NCBI GenBank assembly: GCA_037379345.1
Contig: CM074512.1
Span: 15,438,001-15,502,000, forward strand
From: Perna viridis
Taxonomy: Eukaryota
Direction: 5' to 3'
Length of the DNA: 64,000 nucleotides
A program made the translations under genes and the position numbers. The notes beneath the pieces are model-generated. The model was given only the letters and a program-made list of their open reading frames with translations, did not search any database and was not told the DNA's origin. How positions within the stretch are numbered: the stretch's first letter is position 1; each line of letters begins with the position of its first letter. Below are positions 24,651 through 38,376 of the stretch, piece by piece.

Positions 24651-27600
24651 CTGCTTTCTATGACTACTTCATAACAACAAAACGTGCACTTTGACGAACA
24701 CCATGATGAAAATACATGTATGAATGTAGAGATTATAATCATGATAATAAAAATGTGTGAAAATAATCGAAAAATTATTCCCCTAGTATCACAGGAAGAA
24801 GCGTCCAAAATTCTAGGAGCATTACATAAAACCAATCTGGCAGCTAAGCATCTTCAAAATGGTGGAGACATGCTGGTTTTATACCTTACAAATATTATAA
24901 ACAATATTTCCGAAAGCAAATACGCTTCTAACATTACTAAATAAAGGTCTATTAACTGCGGTACAGAGAAAAACAAAGATGTTATAATTCACAAAACTAT
25001 AGTAGAATCACTGTTACCTCCGTTATATGAAAAGTACGCTTAGTTTGTATAAACATAGAATTGAACATTAGATCGTAAAAACAAAAACTACATAGAGGTT
25101 TCAGAAGGAACTCGTCCTCCAAAAATACTGCTTTGTTGATTTCAGAAGCTGTAACTGTCAGAATCAAAAGACAACGGCGAAAACTAGATCTATACGGAAT
25201 AAACTTTGGCGTGATAAACCATTCACGCCTTCTTAGAAAGCTGTCTAGTCAGCATATAACTGGAAACATGTGAATGATTTTAAGAGCCTGCACCACAGCT
25301 CCGTTACCCATGGGAAAACATCAGGAGTAATTTTAGAAGCACATCCAAGCAACCATTAAGTGCGTCAGGGGGTATCCTGTCAACCGCGCTAGACAAATAT
25401 TATGACAAATCAGTATTAGATACTATGGGAAGTTCTCACAATGGCTTATACATGAACACAGAATATGTAGGATGCCCAACATTTGTAGACGTAGCCAACT
25501 CTACACATGAGACACAACAACTATACATAATAGAACATACAACCGCCAAAGATCGAGTGAAGATAAATAGTAAGAAAACGGGAGTGGTGGCTATAAAAAA
25601 AAAGTCACAAAGCATGAATCCATTATATCTCTTTAATGAACAACTCGAACAAACGAAAGACATTATACATCGAGGAAAAGAAGGAAATTATCTGGGTAAG
25701 TCAAATAACATAATCTCTGTAGCTAGGGGCACCTTATACTCATTGATAGGAGTTGGTATGCATGGCTTAAATGGACTAAATCCAAGAGTCTCATATAAAC
25801 TATACAAAAAGTATGTTATACCTAGCATGCTACACGGAATAAAAGTCCTAAATGTCTGTAAACTGATCTACAGATATTGGAAATACTTCACAAATACTAT
25901 CGCTGCCTGATAATACAGAGAAGATACTGCATTGTACATCCTATTCAAGCAGAGTATAGAGCAGTTAATTCATTAAGCAGCAGTGGGATTATTCTTGTGA
26001 ATTATACTGAAAGAAGCGACAACGGCATATGCTCAACCTAGCCGACAGATATCGATAAAAGGAGACAACTCCAATAGTTGGTTAAAAAAATCCACATATT
26101 TTCGAACAATACACTTCAAACGAATGAAGCTTCAAATATCCACACCTTATTTAGCAGTGTTGGGAATGGCCCTTGGCATATCCGTAAGGAAATTCAACGG
26201 TGTAAAATCCTGACGAGAGGACAAAGTGCTAGAGATTAAAAAACGATTCGACAATTCCAAAAATCAATTTCAAGTTATATAATGGAAAACCTGAAGATTA
26301 CACTTTCTACTTAACTGAAAAACACTAGCGCATACTAGAAAAAACACAAGCTGACAGGTACTCGGAATTTTAACTTCAAATTGTAGTATATTGTACAGTG
26401 ATTGTCCAAAAAGTCCGATATGAGGACAGAAATACTAGAAATCTCTAGAAACTGCATTTTTGCATTATACGGTGAAAAATTACGTCTGTCAGATGCAGTG
26501 ATAAAAATGATGGGTTATCATAGCACCCTATTATCTAAAAAAAAAAACAAAAAAAAAAACGTAAGGCTAGTAGAGTATTGCATGTGACACTCATGCATGC
26601 ATGCATGCATGGGGGAATGTGTATATAGTACACAAGGTGCAAGTATAACTCTAGGTGTACAGGGAAATTTCAATTGGTTAAATTGTACTTGCAACACTAA
26701 CGCTTAGTCCTGAGCTATATACTTATTTTATTTTTTCCCCCAAGCATAATTATATTTTACCATATAATATTATTAATTTTTATCAAATTGGTACTAATGT
26801 AACTAAATTAAGATGAAGATTTATGATATTATAAATGTTTTACACATTCTGCATAAAATATATAATAAAACACAATATACTTAGTATAAGACGGCAATTT
26901 CTCATTTGAGTCCAATGTTTTATCATAGGCGGAAAGTTCAACAAAACAGTAGTAGGCATGAAAAGCAAGTCATAATGTAAATATTCTCATGGATAAACAT
27001 AAGAATAATTTAAACTTTTATATATAACTCTTTACCATATTTTAATTTTTAATTATTTCTTTTTCTTTTTAACATATAGAGTCCAATATGAATAAGTACT
27101 GTTATATGTTCATTTCATTTTTTTTCATTAAACAGGAGTTCTGTGGTTTCGAAATCGCTATCCTCAAGTCAAATTAGTCGTATAATATAATAGTTTCCTA
27201 CGCCAGAAATGACCACAGAAAGTTATACCTCTTGATCATGCACATTAGTATAGGTCTCTCCTTTAAAAAATGTTGAGGTACTGGTGCAACTGTTAGATAT
27301 ACCTTCTGATAGTTTATTCAAGTTCTACAGATGGATCATTTAAATATCTCTTGGTTGCATTGTTTTTTTTTAAAGGATAAATCAGATTTCTGTATCTGCT
27401 ATTTTGAAAATATTTTATTTTGTTTCTAACCAAGGTTTACACATACTGTTTATTGGTCATCTGTTGTATGCATATCTTGCTCTCTTTGAAGCTCTTCAAT
27501 TTTGTAAATATTCTCCAATAAGGTTGGTCTTCCGCAGATAACAACATAATCTAGCTACATGTAGTTCACATGTCGTAAGCATCTATTGTTTACAATTCAT

Positions 27601-30600
27601 AATGAGTCATTTTACTGTGGCTGTTCTTGTGAATCAGATGAAAGCTAGATTTTATATATTCTGCTGCTTGAACACTGTTAGAAATGTCCATGCATGTTCA
27701 TATCAGAGTACTTTAACCCAGCCACATTTGTTGCGCCTGTGTCAAGTCAGGAATTTCTGGCCCCTGTATGTCTTTTTCATTTTCACTTTCAGTTTACTTT
27801 TATGCAGCTGGAGTATACAGGGGCAACTATTTCGCTGTACCTATGTAAAATGTTGTTTTGAGGCAAAGACAACCTGCCCTGTGTTGTGAGGGTTTCCTCA
27901 TTGTTCATTGAAGACCTATGGGTGGCCTTAAGCTGACATTTTTTCATCAAGGTAGGGTTGTTGTCTCTTTGACATATTCACCTCCTCCATATGTTGTAAA
28001 AACCTGTTTTTGGAGGGTGTTGTTTCTCTTATGATATTACAGTTTTAGGAAGTCAATGTCTAATTCATTCTGTTATTAAACTATTTTGGTATCCGAGTAT
28101 GTTAGTTGTCACCTCTTGGTCCCATGGTTTTCTATGTCTCTGAGACTTTACCACTACATACTATTTTTTTTTTGGTTGACATTACAAAATTATGACCAGT
28201 ACAGGGGGAAGGGTGTATATTGTAAGGGATAAGATGACAATAAATTAGATGTTGATTTATTAACATGGCAGGAAAAATCCAATAGACATAATAACAATTG
28301 AATACTATAACTGTTGTACATTAAAGACAGTTGTTCCATTTATAACATTTTGGCATAATTTCACTGATATATAATGCCAAAAAAAACTGATGCTTCAATT
28401 CATCAATAACTGACACTTAATCCTTGAAAGTAAATGTATCAACCTGATACAACCATGACCTACCACTTTATTTATATTTACAAGATCAGTCCAATTTTCT
28501 TGCTTTTTAACACATATGCAAAGTAAAATGTAGCATAAAATTGGCATACTAGCTTGTACTGGATTTATAATTAATGAAATGTTTTTTTTTCCATATGTGT
28601 CATCAAGTGTGAAAATAAATAATAGAAAGTCCTGTTTTACTCAGACTTGTTCTTTCCCTTTTATTAGCAACATTTGAGTAAAAAAAATCAAACATAAAAG
28701 ATCATAAGATCAATTACCCTTTCAAAACTGTATAATCAATATTCAGTTTAAACATATTTATTTGCTACAATGTCAGCAATGAGATTGGCCATAATACTTC
28801 TAACGGCAGAATCTAATTTACACAGACAGCAGGGGTCACCAGCCATCTAAAAATTAAGCAAAAAGAGTTACTATCTTGAGTTTTGTAATAGAAGAAAAAG
28901 ATATTGTTCATTCATATTTATAAAATAATAAATTTTGTTTAAAACTGGTTTGCTATATTTCAATAACACAGCAACAGCTGTGTAAAGCACATACTAGCCC
29001 ACAAAGTCCAATTACTCTTAGAGAAAATTAGGGAAATAAAGCTTCCTTCAATGAAGACAGATATTCTACAAAAAGACTATTTAATTTATCAAATATAACT
29101 TATTTAACCATTCTCTAGTTATAATACCCAGATGGAAAGGTGTGTACACAAAAACATGTCCATCTTAAGATAGGCAAATAAATATGGTTACATAAGCAAG
29201 ATTAAAATTGTACTGTTTTCAAAAGCTAAATGTCTGTTCAATTAGAACTATACAAAATACTACATGTAGCCATATGTCCTCCACTGCAGCAAAAAAAGTT
29301 TCAGCCCAGAAGTCCAGTAACTCCTGTGAAAACTGTCAAATCAAAATTGCAATGCAACAAGATCAATATCATATGGAGTCTTAAATCATGCAAATTTGAA
29401 CGAAATCTGTGAAGTGGCCTTTGAGGAGTTCAAATAGTTCAGAATGCAAAAAAAAGTAAAGATCAAGAACTCCAACCAAATTTGTAGAATAGAAATGACA
29501 ACAGGATGTAATCTAGTACATATGGTGACTTACAATCCTGCAAAATCTGCAACAGTGTTTGAAGAGTTGTGTCCACTAAGTGTCCTATAGTGTAGTACAT
29601 ACAAATTCAACAAAGTCCCATAACTTCTGTAAATTTTATTAAATCAAAATAGCAGTACAATATCATCAATGACATATGGTGACTTACAATCCTACAAAAT
29701 TTGAACAAAATGAGTTTAGTGGTTTCCAAGGAGTTGTATTCACACAGTCAAGACACCAGTTTTTCTAAGTTCACATTTGGACTGCTGCAGGGGGGCAAAA
29801 ATTATGTTCTGAACAAACTGACAAGCTTGTTACATGAAGTATTGGTGATTTATTCTCCTTGATATTGATTTGCTTTAACATTAGCATCATACTGATGTTT
29901 CAATCCTGCAATATGCTCAGAAAGGATGCTCACTCAATGATAATCAGATTTATCTCAGAGTAACAAATGAGTTCCATGTATTCTTACAAGATTTTTTTTC
30001 TTTTCCTAATGTGAAAGATAAAAGTTTCCACTGTACCTTGGACTATGTCCAAAGCCTTCTGCTAATATATTTATCATAGCAAATAATTATTTCATGAGAG
30101 CTAATAACAGAACTATTATTGTTTATTGAATCCATTTAAAAATACAAACCATGTATTTAAAGTTTCTACCATAGGATAGCTGGTATCCATTGGTGTAGTT
30201 TTATCCACATAGTTTCTTCAACAAAATTTTAACAACTCTGAAAACCTATATATAATTGTTGATCATCTTTTTTCTTTGGTTTAAGGGCCAATAACATAGG
30301 GTTTGTTACCTATGACAATATCTATGTTTGTTTTTCTAGATATTTTCCATTCCCAATCTACTGCAATGAAAAAAGAAATTAACAGACAGATCAGAAATGA
30401 AAATACGAAAATTGACAATTCTACATAATATGTTTAGTTGAAAATTCAAATAATATATTGACTGCAGAAATTTTGGGTTGGTATTTTAAGAAATTAAAGA
30501 CATACATATGTGATAAAATGAATATGAACCTTTCACAGCTAGTTTTATAATACCAATTCATTTTACTTATGAATAATTTCCACATTTTGTTTGATTTAGC

Positions 30601-32731
30601 ATCAAATAGTGAAGCCTTTATACAGGTATATTACACTTTGTATGAAAAATTAATAAAAAAAATAGTGAAATAATTCAAAAATAAAAGAATAGCCAAAATT
30701 AATCTGTAGTAATTATCACAGAGGCATTAGATACTAATCATTTTCTTATAGAGTATAACAGGTTGCTTAAGGCCCTTTTACACTAAAATAAAAAACTGAA
30801 CAAACAAACTGCTAGCCAATTAAAAAAATAGAAAAGTCACCATCAATCCCATGACAGATAAAGAGTTGATGTTTTGGATGAGCTAACACAAATATGCAAC
30901 AAGTAAAGCACATTCAAAACTATTTTTCCAAAAACAAAAAATGAACACAAAAACAAGTACAGAGCAAGCCCCAAATTTCTGTACACAGTGCGCATAGATT
31001 TAACCAAGTGGAACAAACACACACAAAAGGCATAAAAAATCTGATTATATTACAAAATATTTTAGAAATGGAATGCATACAAACAGTTTGCTATTTGGAA
31101 AAATGAAGGTAAAAAAAAATTGCAGGATCTTCAGTGCATGTCAAACAAAATCTTTAGAAACAAGTGAATATCTTTTAAATGGGAATATCTTACTGGTTTG
31201 CTGTCATATAAATTTGATATTTTTAGGTTTTAAGAGCTTGTCTTAAAACAACTTGATTGCTTGAAAGGACCTCATTGTATATATGTATATTTTTTAGATA
31301 GCGTGTGACATTGCAATAAAAGACTTCCATAAAAGACACTTAAATACAATGTACATGTACATCAATGTTTACGTATCTAGACTTTAATTAGCTACATGAA
31401 ATAAGGTCATGCTTGCCAGGCATTTAAACGAATAGTATATGACAACTCACTTTGTTGCTGGAGTTTTGATATATCTTGATTCTCCAACTTGAACATATGT
31501 GGGTAGATATTGCTTAGTGGTAAATTTGAATTTTATGCATTATTTACCTTTATATATTTGAAAAATATCAAATGAAAGATAAGTAATAGGCAATTAATAC
31601 TTAGGAACCCATTTTGAAAAAAAAGTATCAAATTTTAATTTGAAGTTGTTATAAGAAGTTATATTGGAGTTGGATAGTCCACTTGCGAAGTCTCACCAAA
31701 GCGCTAAGAAAGTTTCAATGGTAACACATTTTTTTTTTTTTTTTATCTCTGATAGATAAATAGAATCATGAGACATCTGCAGATAACAATATGTGCTTTT
31801 ACTTTAAAAATTCCCTAGTTGCTTTCAATTATTCAAATAAAAATTCTAAAATCACAAAAATATGTTGTTACTTGAATCATGATTCCTAAATGGCTTACTC
31901 TAGAGGTTAAACCTGAACAGAAAAATCCTTCATCTCCACAAAATGTTTTAAATATCAATATCAAGATAAACAGTAACAACACATATATTTTTAAAATAAT
32001 TTTTTTCTTACAAAAGAGGACACCAAAGCCAACTGTGTTGAAAGTGTTCTGTAAACGTGCATAACTTCTGATAAAAAGCACCTTCCGAGCCCAACAAATA
32101 GCGAACGTTTTTGGGTTGTTTTTATTATAGTGGGCAAAATGATAACAGAACATTTTCTATATGTTTTCCACAATTTGTTGGCATTCATTAAGAATTTTAT
32201 GATTGAATAAAAATTCTTTAAGTTCAGAAGAAATGATAATGTACTCAAAGAAATAACAAGGAATAATAAACAAACATAAAATGTGCATAAGTTTGATGTT
32301 CCCTGAGCGTTTAACAAAATTGCAGTTCGATTCTTCAATTCTTTATAGTGTAAAAGCCCCTAAACTAGGTCATTGCCTGTTAGATAAGAACACTGTAATG
32401 TTGGTTCTACCAAGTTGGTACATGAATGTATTTTTATAGAAACCCCTTCCAAGTATTAATCCATGTCATTTTGGTTTACATTGAGACTAGCAAACAATGA
32501 ATAAGTAGATAAAAACAAAAGATGATGCAAATTGATGTCAAAGGCCATCTGGACTTTGGCCTAAGTGATCATTACTATGGAACTGTATTACTACCAACAA
32601 TTTGATTTCATGTACAAAATGAAACATTTGCCATTATTTATAAAATCCTTTGTCATGACCCAAACAGATCAACATCATAGAATGAACACACTGTTATCCA
32701 GTTCCTCACAATAATTACCAGTAAAGCTGTT

Positions 32732-32786
32732 TCATTTCCTTGTCATTTGTGATGATCTTGGCCTTTCTCTTGATCTTGATCGAGAC
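32732..32786 (-). CDS. CLASRP: CLASRP final coding exon (stop TGA at 32734-32732)
   Basis: SRSRSRERPRSSQMTRK*; acceptor attttag. The 18 exons sum to 1827 nt = 608 aa plus stop. Confidence 0.82.
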
Positions 32787-33379
32787 CTAAAATAATACTC
32801 AACAAAATCCATCTCTTTCTGCATAATTGTAAATGTTAATATTAATCACTTCTTTTGAATAGACCTACAGTTTGTAGTTTTTATGATTTGCTAATTGACT
32901 GATGTTTAATATAATCTCAGCCTTTTTCTATCAATAATTATTATTTTAGAAGTATGATGCCATTAAGGACATTCCATATTCTGGTCAACAGCACAAGTTA
33001 TCATTTAATCAACCACCTGCTTAGTGCAACTTATTATTCTTTTAGCACGTGTAAATGTTAACAAAAGCAAAAATTTCTGTCAAAAATCTCAGCCCCCTCT
33101 CTTGATGGGAATGGTTTGAAATTTAGTTTTCAGCTCCACTATAATTATATTATTTGTATGTTGTAATTTTGGATGCTGTTTGAGTAGCTGAACTTGAAGT
33201 TTTCAGTACATGTAAAAAACAGTAGATATTATCTAAGCAAAAATCTCAATTGTCCATAATAAGAATACTCTGAAATTTGGTTTTCAGCTTCACTTAAATG
33301 AGTTGTACACTGATAGCAACTTTAGATCCTGCCAAATGTAAACTTCCAGTTTAGAGGAGTAAACTGACAACATGTGTAC

Positions 33380-33522
33380 CTTCTTCTCCTTTGTCTTGGT
33401 GACTCCGGACTTCTACTACGACTTCTACTGCATTCACTGCTACTTCTATCATCCCTGTGTCGTTTTTCTCTTTCCCTTCGTCTCATTTCTAAAGCCCTTA
33501 TCCGTAATTCTTCTTCTCTATC
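33380..33522 (-). CDS. CLASRP: CLASRP coding exon 17
   Basis: DREEELRIRALEMRRREREKRHRDDRSSSECSRSRSRSPESPRQRRR; ttttag / gtacac. Confidence 0.9.
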
Positions 33523-34935
33523 CTAAAATAACTGTAAATACTTGAATAAGTTCACAAAAAATAATACCCACTTCACCTGGCCTTTAAACATGTTAAACCT
33601 TCAAGTTGGATTATCTCCCATTGCATGTATCCTAAACAATTATCTTCCTTCATGCACATCTAGAAATGATGCCAAATGTTCATATAAATACTCTTCAAAT
33701 TCTAAGCAATTTAGTTGTTGTGCTTATGTGATGTGAATAGTTCATAACACTTAAGTTTGATTATTTCCCCTGGCTTGTTTTTAAACTATTTGACCCACAG
33801 TTCCTTAAAAGTTACTGGCATCACTACCTAAATCAATTCCAGCCTTTCTTCTGTTGCCTTCTTACAATTTCATATTGATTCATTCACTTATGGCTCAAAA
33901 CCAGAAAAAATTGCCATTTTTTGGTCCTTAATTTTTGAACACTTAAGAGTCATAACCCCAAAATCAATCCAAAACATGCTTTCTTTTAGTATGGAACCAA
34001 GTAGTAGGATTTCATATAGATCATAATATGATGAAGGTGAAACCTTTTAATGCTCCCGAAGAAACATTTATTAAAAACAACTTTGATAATTTTTGTCAGC
34101 TCTGTTCCCTGATTTGAAATGTTATATTTATAACCTTCAAATATGGTAGTTTTTGTAATGATAAGTCCTAAAGCATTATATTAATTGTCATGGTCTGATA
34201 TGTCTATTTGCCGAAATGTCCGGCATTCATAAGGAAGTATTGGTTGTCATGGTCCGAAATGTCTTTGGGTCGAATTGTCCGGCACAGGTAAACATTATGG
34301 TTCTTATAATTTGTGAAATGTCTTAAAATATTTCTTTTATTCAATTTAGTTTCGCTTCATTCTGTTTCGATTTATATTGTTTAATTATGTTTTTATTACA
34401 ATTTGATTCATTTTATCCAATTGTTTCATTTCATTTCTTTCTTCCCTTGATTATTTTCGTTGCGTTTTGTTTCGATTTCGTTTCAAAATTTTTATGACCC
34501 GAGAATTATGGGCAATATTGATTACATGATTTTCATAAACATCTGGGTGCCATTCCGCAGACTACTGTGACCAACCCTATCTTGGAAAAGCTATGATTTG
34601 ATTGGTATTTAATTATCGAAACTGGCGAATATTTTTCAAGACTGGTTTGGCTCTCATATATATACAAGTATAAGCAAATGAAGCTGCCATTATGCTGTTT
34701 TTAGGCTCCTGAAAATGAAGGTATAAACCGGATATTGATGCTTTTTCTTGCCATCAGTATACAGAACCAAGTTGATAATACAAACATACACGCTCCCTTT
34801 TGGAGCATATTATAATTTTTGTTTTTATTATATTTTTATTATTACATACAAAACTCAAATGGTTAAGGATAAAAAATGAAACAATCTGTTGATCATATGT
34901 GAAATTTCAGACTTTCAAATGTACAGAAAACATAC

Positions 34936-34994
34936 CAATCTCTCCTGCTGAGATTTAATACTTCTTTCAACTTCAGCCTTTTTGTCTGCTTTGA
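34936..34994 (-). CDS. CLASRP: CLASRP coding exon 16
   Basis: (F)KADKKAEVERSIKSQQERL; ttttccag / gtatgt. Confidence 0.92.
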
Positions 34995-35063
34995 CTGGAA
35001 AAAAAAATATCAAGTTCCAAAAATAGTTTTAAATCAATTACTTTTTGCTGTTACAATTATTAA

Positions 35064-35134
<71 letters not shown>
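35064..35134. repeat. (ATAG)n microsatellite, possibly the tail of a minus-strand LINE 3' fragment (~35135-35430)
   Basis: ~17 perfect ATAG units; on the minus strand AATAAA directly precedes the (TATC)n run. Confidence 0.9.
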
Positions 35135-36223
35135 TTTTTATTTCAAAGTGAATCCTAGCATTACAGTAAATCATACAATATATAATTTCAAATTATAAGT
35201 TACAGTAACATTATATACAATCATACAGTATAACAAGCCAGCCTATTGAGGTTTTTGATGTACATTTATCAATAGTAAGGTTTTTCTGATTTAACAAGGA
35301 TTTAGGACTGGTACTGTAATCATTTTTGAAATACATGTAAGTGATATTCTGATTGTAAAGCATAAGTCTATATTTGCGTATCAAATATGATATATATGTA
35401 AGTCTTACAAAATTAATGTTGTATAGAAATATAAATTCTCCATAGAGAGTAGTGGAAAACCAGTAAATGTTACCATGCCTAAATGGCAAATGGGGAAAAC
35501 TAGGACACCAATAAGACCAAAGACATTCAACTTACAACTTAAACTAACTAGAAAGTACCCATTGAAACAAACATCAGTGTGCAAAATATTCACATATTGC
35601 AATAGTGTAATATAGCTTCCTTATATGACATCATTAAGAGCTATATTCTTATAATACACCACTGCAATTAAGATATTGTGATGTTATAAACTATTTCAAC
35701 CATGTCTTGGTCTCTACTATACAATAAAGTGTTATTGCATGGAAACTTGCAAACACTGTCCCTCACAGAATGTACATTGCACTCATAAACTTGTGCAACA
35801 TAAGATTCTACTTGGACAACACTATTACGTATTTCAAAAAATACATTACATATTGAGTTATCTCTCCTTGCTTGGTACTAAAACACATGGGAAATGACAA
35901 GTACCTGTTAAAATATCATTTATTAAATTCATATATCATGGTTTATTTTGAAAAAAAATTATATGTGTGTATTTATTTTAGTATCTCTTGACAGGCTTTT
36001 TGGAGAATATTTGGTATGGAAGGCTGAAAATAGGCTTTTTCCACATGAATATACCTTGAAACATAGACAGGATCCCATGGGCCAATGCAGATTACTTTCT
36101 CCGAATTATCAAGCCAGTTAACACTTTATCAAAAACGTATCTAGAACGATCCATTGAGATTCTGAGAATAAAATTGAAAATCTACAAATTCTTATCCCAA
36201 TCACTGTTTCTTATCTACATATT

Positions 36224-36436
36224 GATTGTAATACCTCATATGGACTTAGATCTAAGAGATTGTAATACCTTACATGGATTCTGATCCTAGAGATGGTACT
36301 ACCTTACATGGACTTTGGTCCTGGTGATGGTAATACCTCACATGGACTTTGGTCCTGGTGATGGTAATACCTCACATGGACTTTGGTCTTAGTGATTGTA
36401 ATACCTCACATGACATTTGGTCCTGGTGAGCTAAAA
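36224..36436 (+). repeat. 34-bp tandem repeat (~6 copies) at a HINE-like terminus
   Basis: gatggtaatacctcacatggactttggtcctggt repeated; last copy runs into ggtgagctaaaa. Confidence 0.85.
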
Positions 36437-36473
36437 GTGTGTCATTTTGTACAAGCCAATAATAATTCCTTAC

Positions 36474-36537
36474 AAGATTTGCTGAGAGCAGCTTGCATTC
36501 TTTTCTTCAACTTTTCCTGTGGTGTTAACTTTGCAGC
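36474..36537 (-). CDS. CLASRP: CLASRP coding exon 15
   Basis: AAKLTPQEKLKKRMQAALSKS with conserved KLTPQEKLK; tgtag / gtaagg. Confidence 0.93.
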
Positions 36538-38165
36538 CTACAAACAGGAAATTCAATTCATACATTCTACTTCAGAAAAAAAAACATATAGTAAAAAGTT
36601 GTAACTATCAAAATCCAGAATGTTTTTTTTATATAAAAGTAATAGAAATAACAGGTCTAACTAAATTGTATATTAAACTTTTTTTGTAAAAAAACAGCAG
36701 TTACTCTAAATTTCTGCATATTCAACAAAATTACTACACATAGCAATATGTCTCCTGTCACAGAAAAAAGATGAAACCCCACACGATACAAAATGTGTAT
36801 TATTGAAATGATGGACAGTATGGATGCCAATACTTCAACAAAACATAAGAGCAGTGTGACCTCAGTCAAAGAGGGCAAACCCACAAGACAAAAGGCCAAT
36901 CCAAGAGCAATAGTGTTTTACAAGGATGAAGTAAATGTGATGAATAACAATATAATGAACTACAAAATCTGAATCCAATCAAAGGTCTTACTGATGTTGT
37001 GTCCACTAACTATATACACATTAATATTAGCTCCGTAACTCCTGTTAAATTTTTCAAATCGAAATGGTGGAACACTAGGATCAGGTACATGTTGTGATTA
37101 ACAATCCTGTAAAATTTAAACAAAATGTGATAAAGGGTTGCATTCACCAAGTGCCCCTGTAGGGTCAAGCAAATAAAAACATGAACAGGGAGTCTCAAAA
37201 TTCTCATCAAACTTGTTGAATTAAGATGGCAGTCACATACATTTGGTGAATAACTATTAGAAAATGTGGACAAAATACAAACATAAGCGTTGAAGGAGTT
37301 GCATACACATATACAGGCAATTACTAGTTCCCTCCACGCCTTGGACAGGGGCATATAACCACATTCCTGTGACAAGTTCATATTAACTTTACTTTTTCTT
37401 TAAAGCAATATGTCTTTCATTCAACTGTCAAAGAAACTTTCTTGCTGTATAACTGGCATTTTGTTGCCTAGTTTTTTGATAAGTGCATGCATTGTATCAA
37501 AAGAAAAATTAACTAAAATTAAAAAAGTATCATTAAACTCATACTAACAGAGTAAAGCTAAACACTGTGTCAACATTATGAAGACTATTATGATAAGAAT
37601 GAAAAGAAACTCAAAAATTAAAGTCAACCTTCTATCATTGTTACAAGATCTTCATTTAACATCAATGTACATTAACAAACACCAGATATCAATATCAGCA
37701 AGCATTCATATACTAAGTCTATTCACATGGTATATCTATTAAATTTGTAGTCAAAAGATCATAATTTGGTCAAAATCAGTGAAGCAGAACAAAAATTTAA
37801 ACTGAACTAGAAAACATCACAAGATTCAACCACATACAAAAAATCCTGCATTGACATAAAAAGTCTTGACACTGTTGAATGATATAATGACTGTAAAATA
37901 TATGAGAAGGCCAATTTGTGGCAGAGGTATAAAAACTCACAAACTAGCTTTCTACTGATTATCACCATGAACAGTGTAACGGCTTATTTGTGGGTCTTAA
38001 CAGTAACAATGCAAATTAACAATGATAAGTCAAAATCTTAGTTTAGGTTTATACCTAACTTGCATTAACTGTGATATCAAACATTGTCTAAATTCATGTG
38101 ACAATCAATGTTCATTTGCATTGACATGAGATGGGTTTTGTATTACAGATTTAATTCTTACTGAC

Positions 38166-38214
38166 TTGAGGCACAGCTGATGAACTTTTATTACCAATAC
38201 TCTTTGTCTCTGAC
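38166..38214 (-). CDS. CLASRP: CLASRP coding exon 14
   Basis: SETKSIGNKSSSAVPQ; tttcag / gtcagt; supplies the needed phase 2 to 0 bridge. Confidence 0.78.
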
Positions 38215-38376
38215 CTGAAATTTAAAACAAAAACTGACAAATCTATTATCAGAGTAATTTAAGCATCAATCATGGGTATTAAGTTTGAAGCCTTTCAATT
38301 AGTATGAAATAAAAAAACATGCACTTTGTATGATACATGAACCCTAAATGTGACATACTATGATCAGCAGTAGGAA

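Larger units (their letters stand above)
22150..26559 (+). pseudogene. Decayed 5'-truncated LINE (RTE-X/L2-like ORF2 reverse transcriptase) with poly(A) tail, interrupted by a satellite and a SINE
   Basis: Frameshifted RT motifs in order: EEASKILGAL..HLQNGG, KGLLT..NYSRITVTSV, HRGFRRNSSS..ALLISEA, INHSRLLRKL, VRQGG/ILST, GCPTFVDV (PTCADD-like), ARGTLYSLIGVGMHGLNGLNP..YVIPSMLHG, SRNCIFALY; A-rich tail 26537-26559. 5' boundary and clade approximate. Confidence 0.85.

Noticed and set aside
25425-25910. 161-aa ORF as a host gene
   Set aside because: It is a surviving frame of the decayed LINE RT, with the catalytic motif degraded.
26592-26611. (CATG)n self-complementary run
   Set aside because: Short simple repeat with no supporting context.
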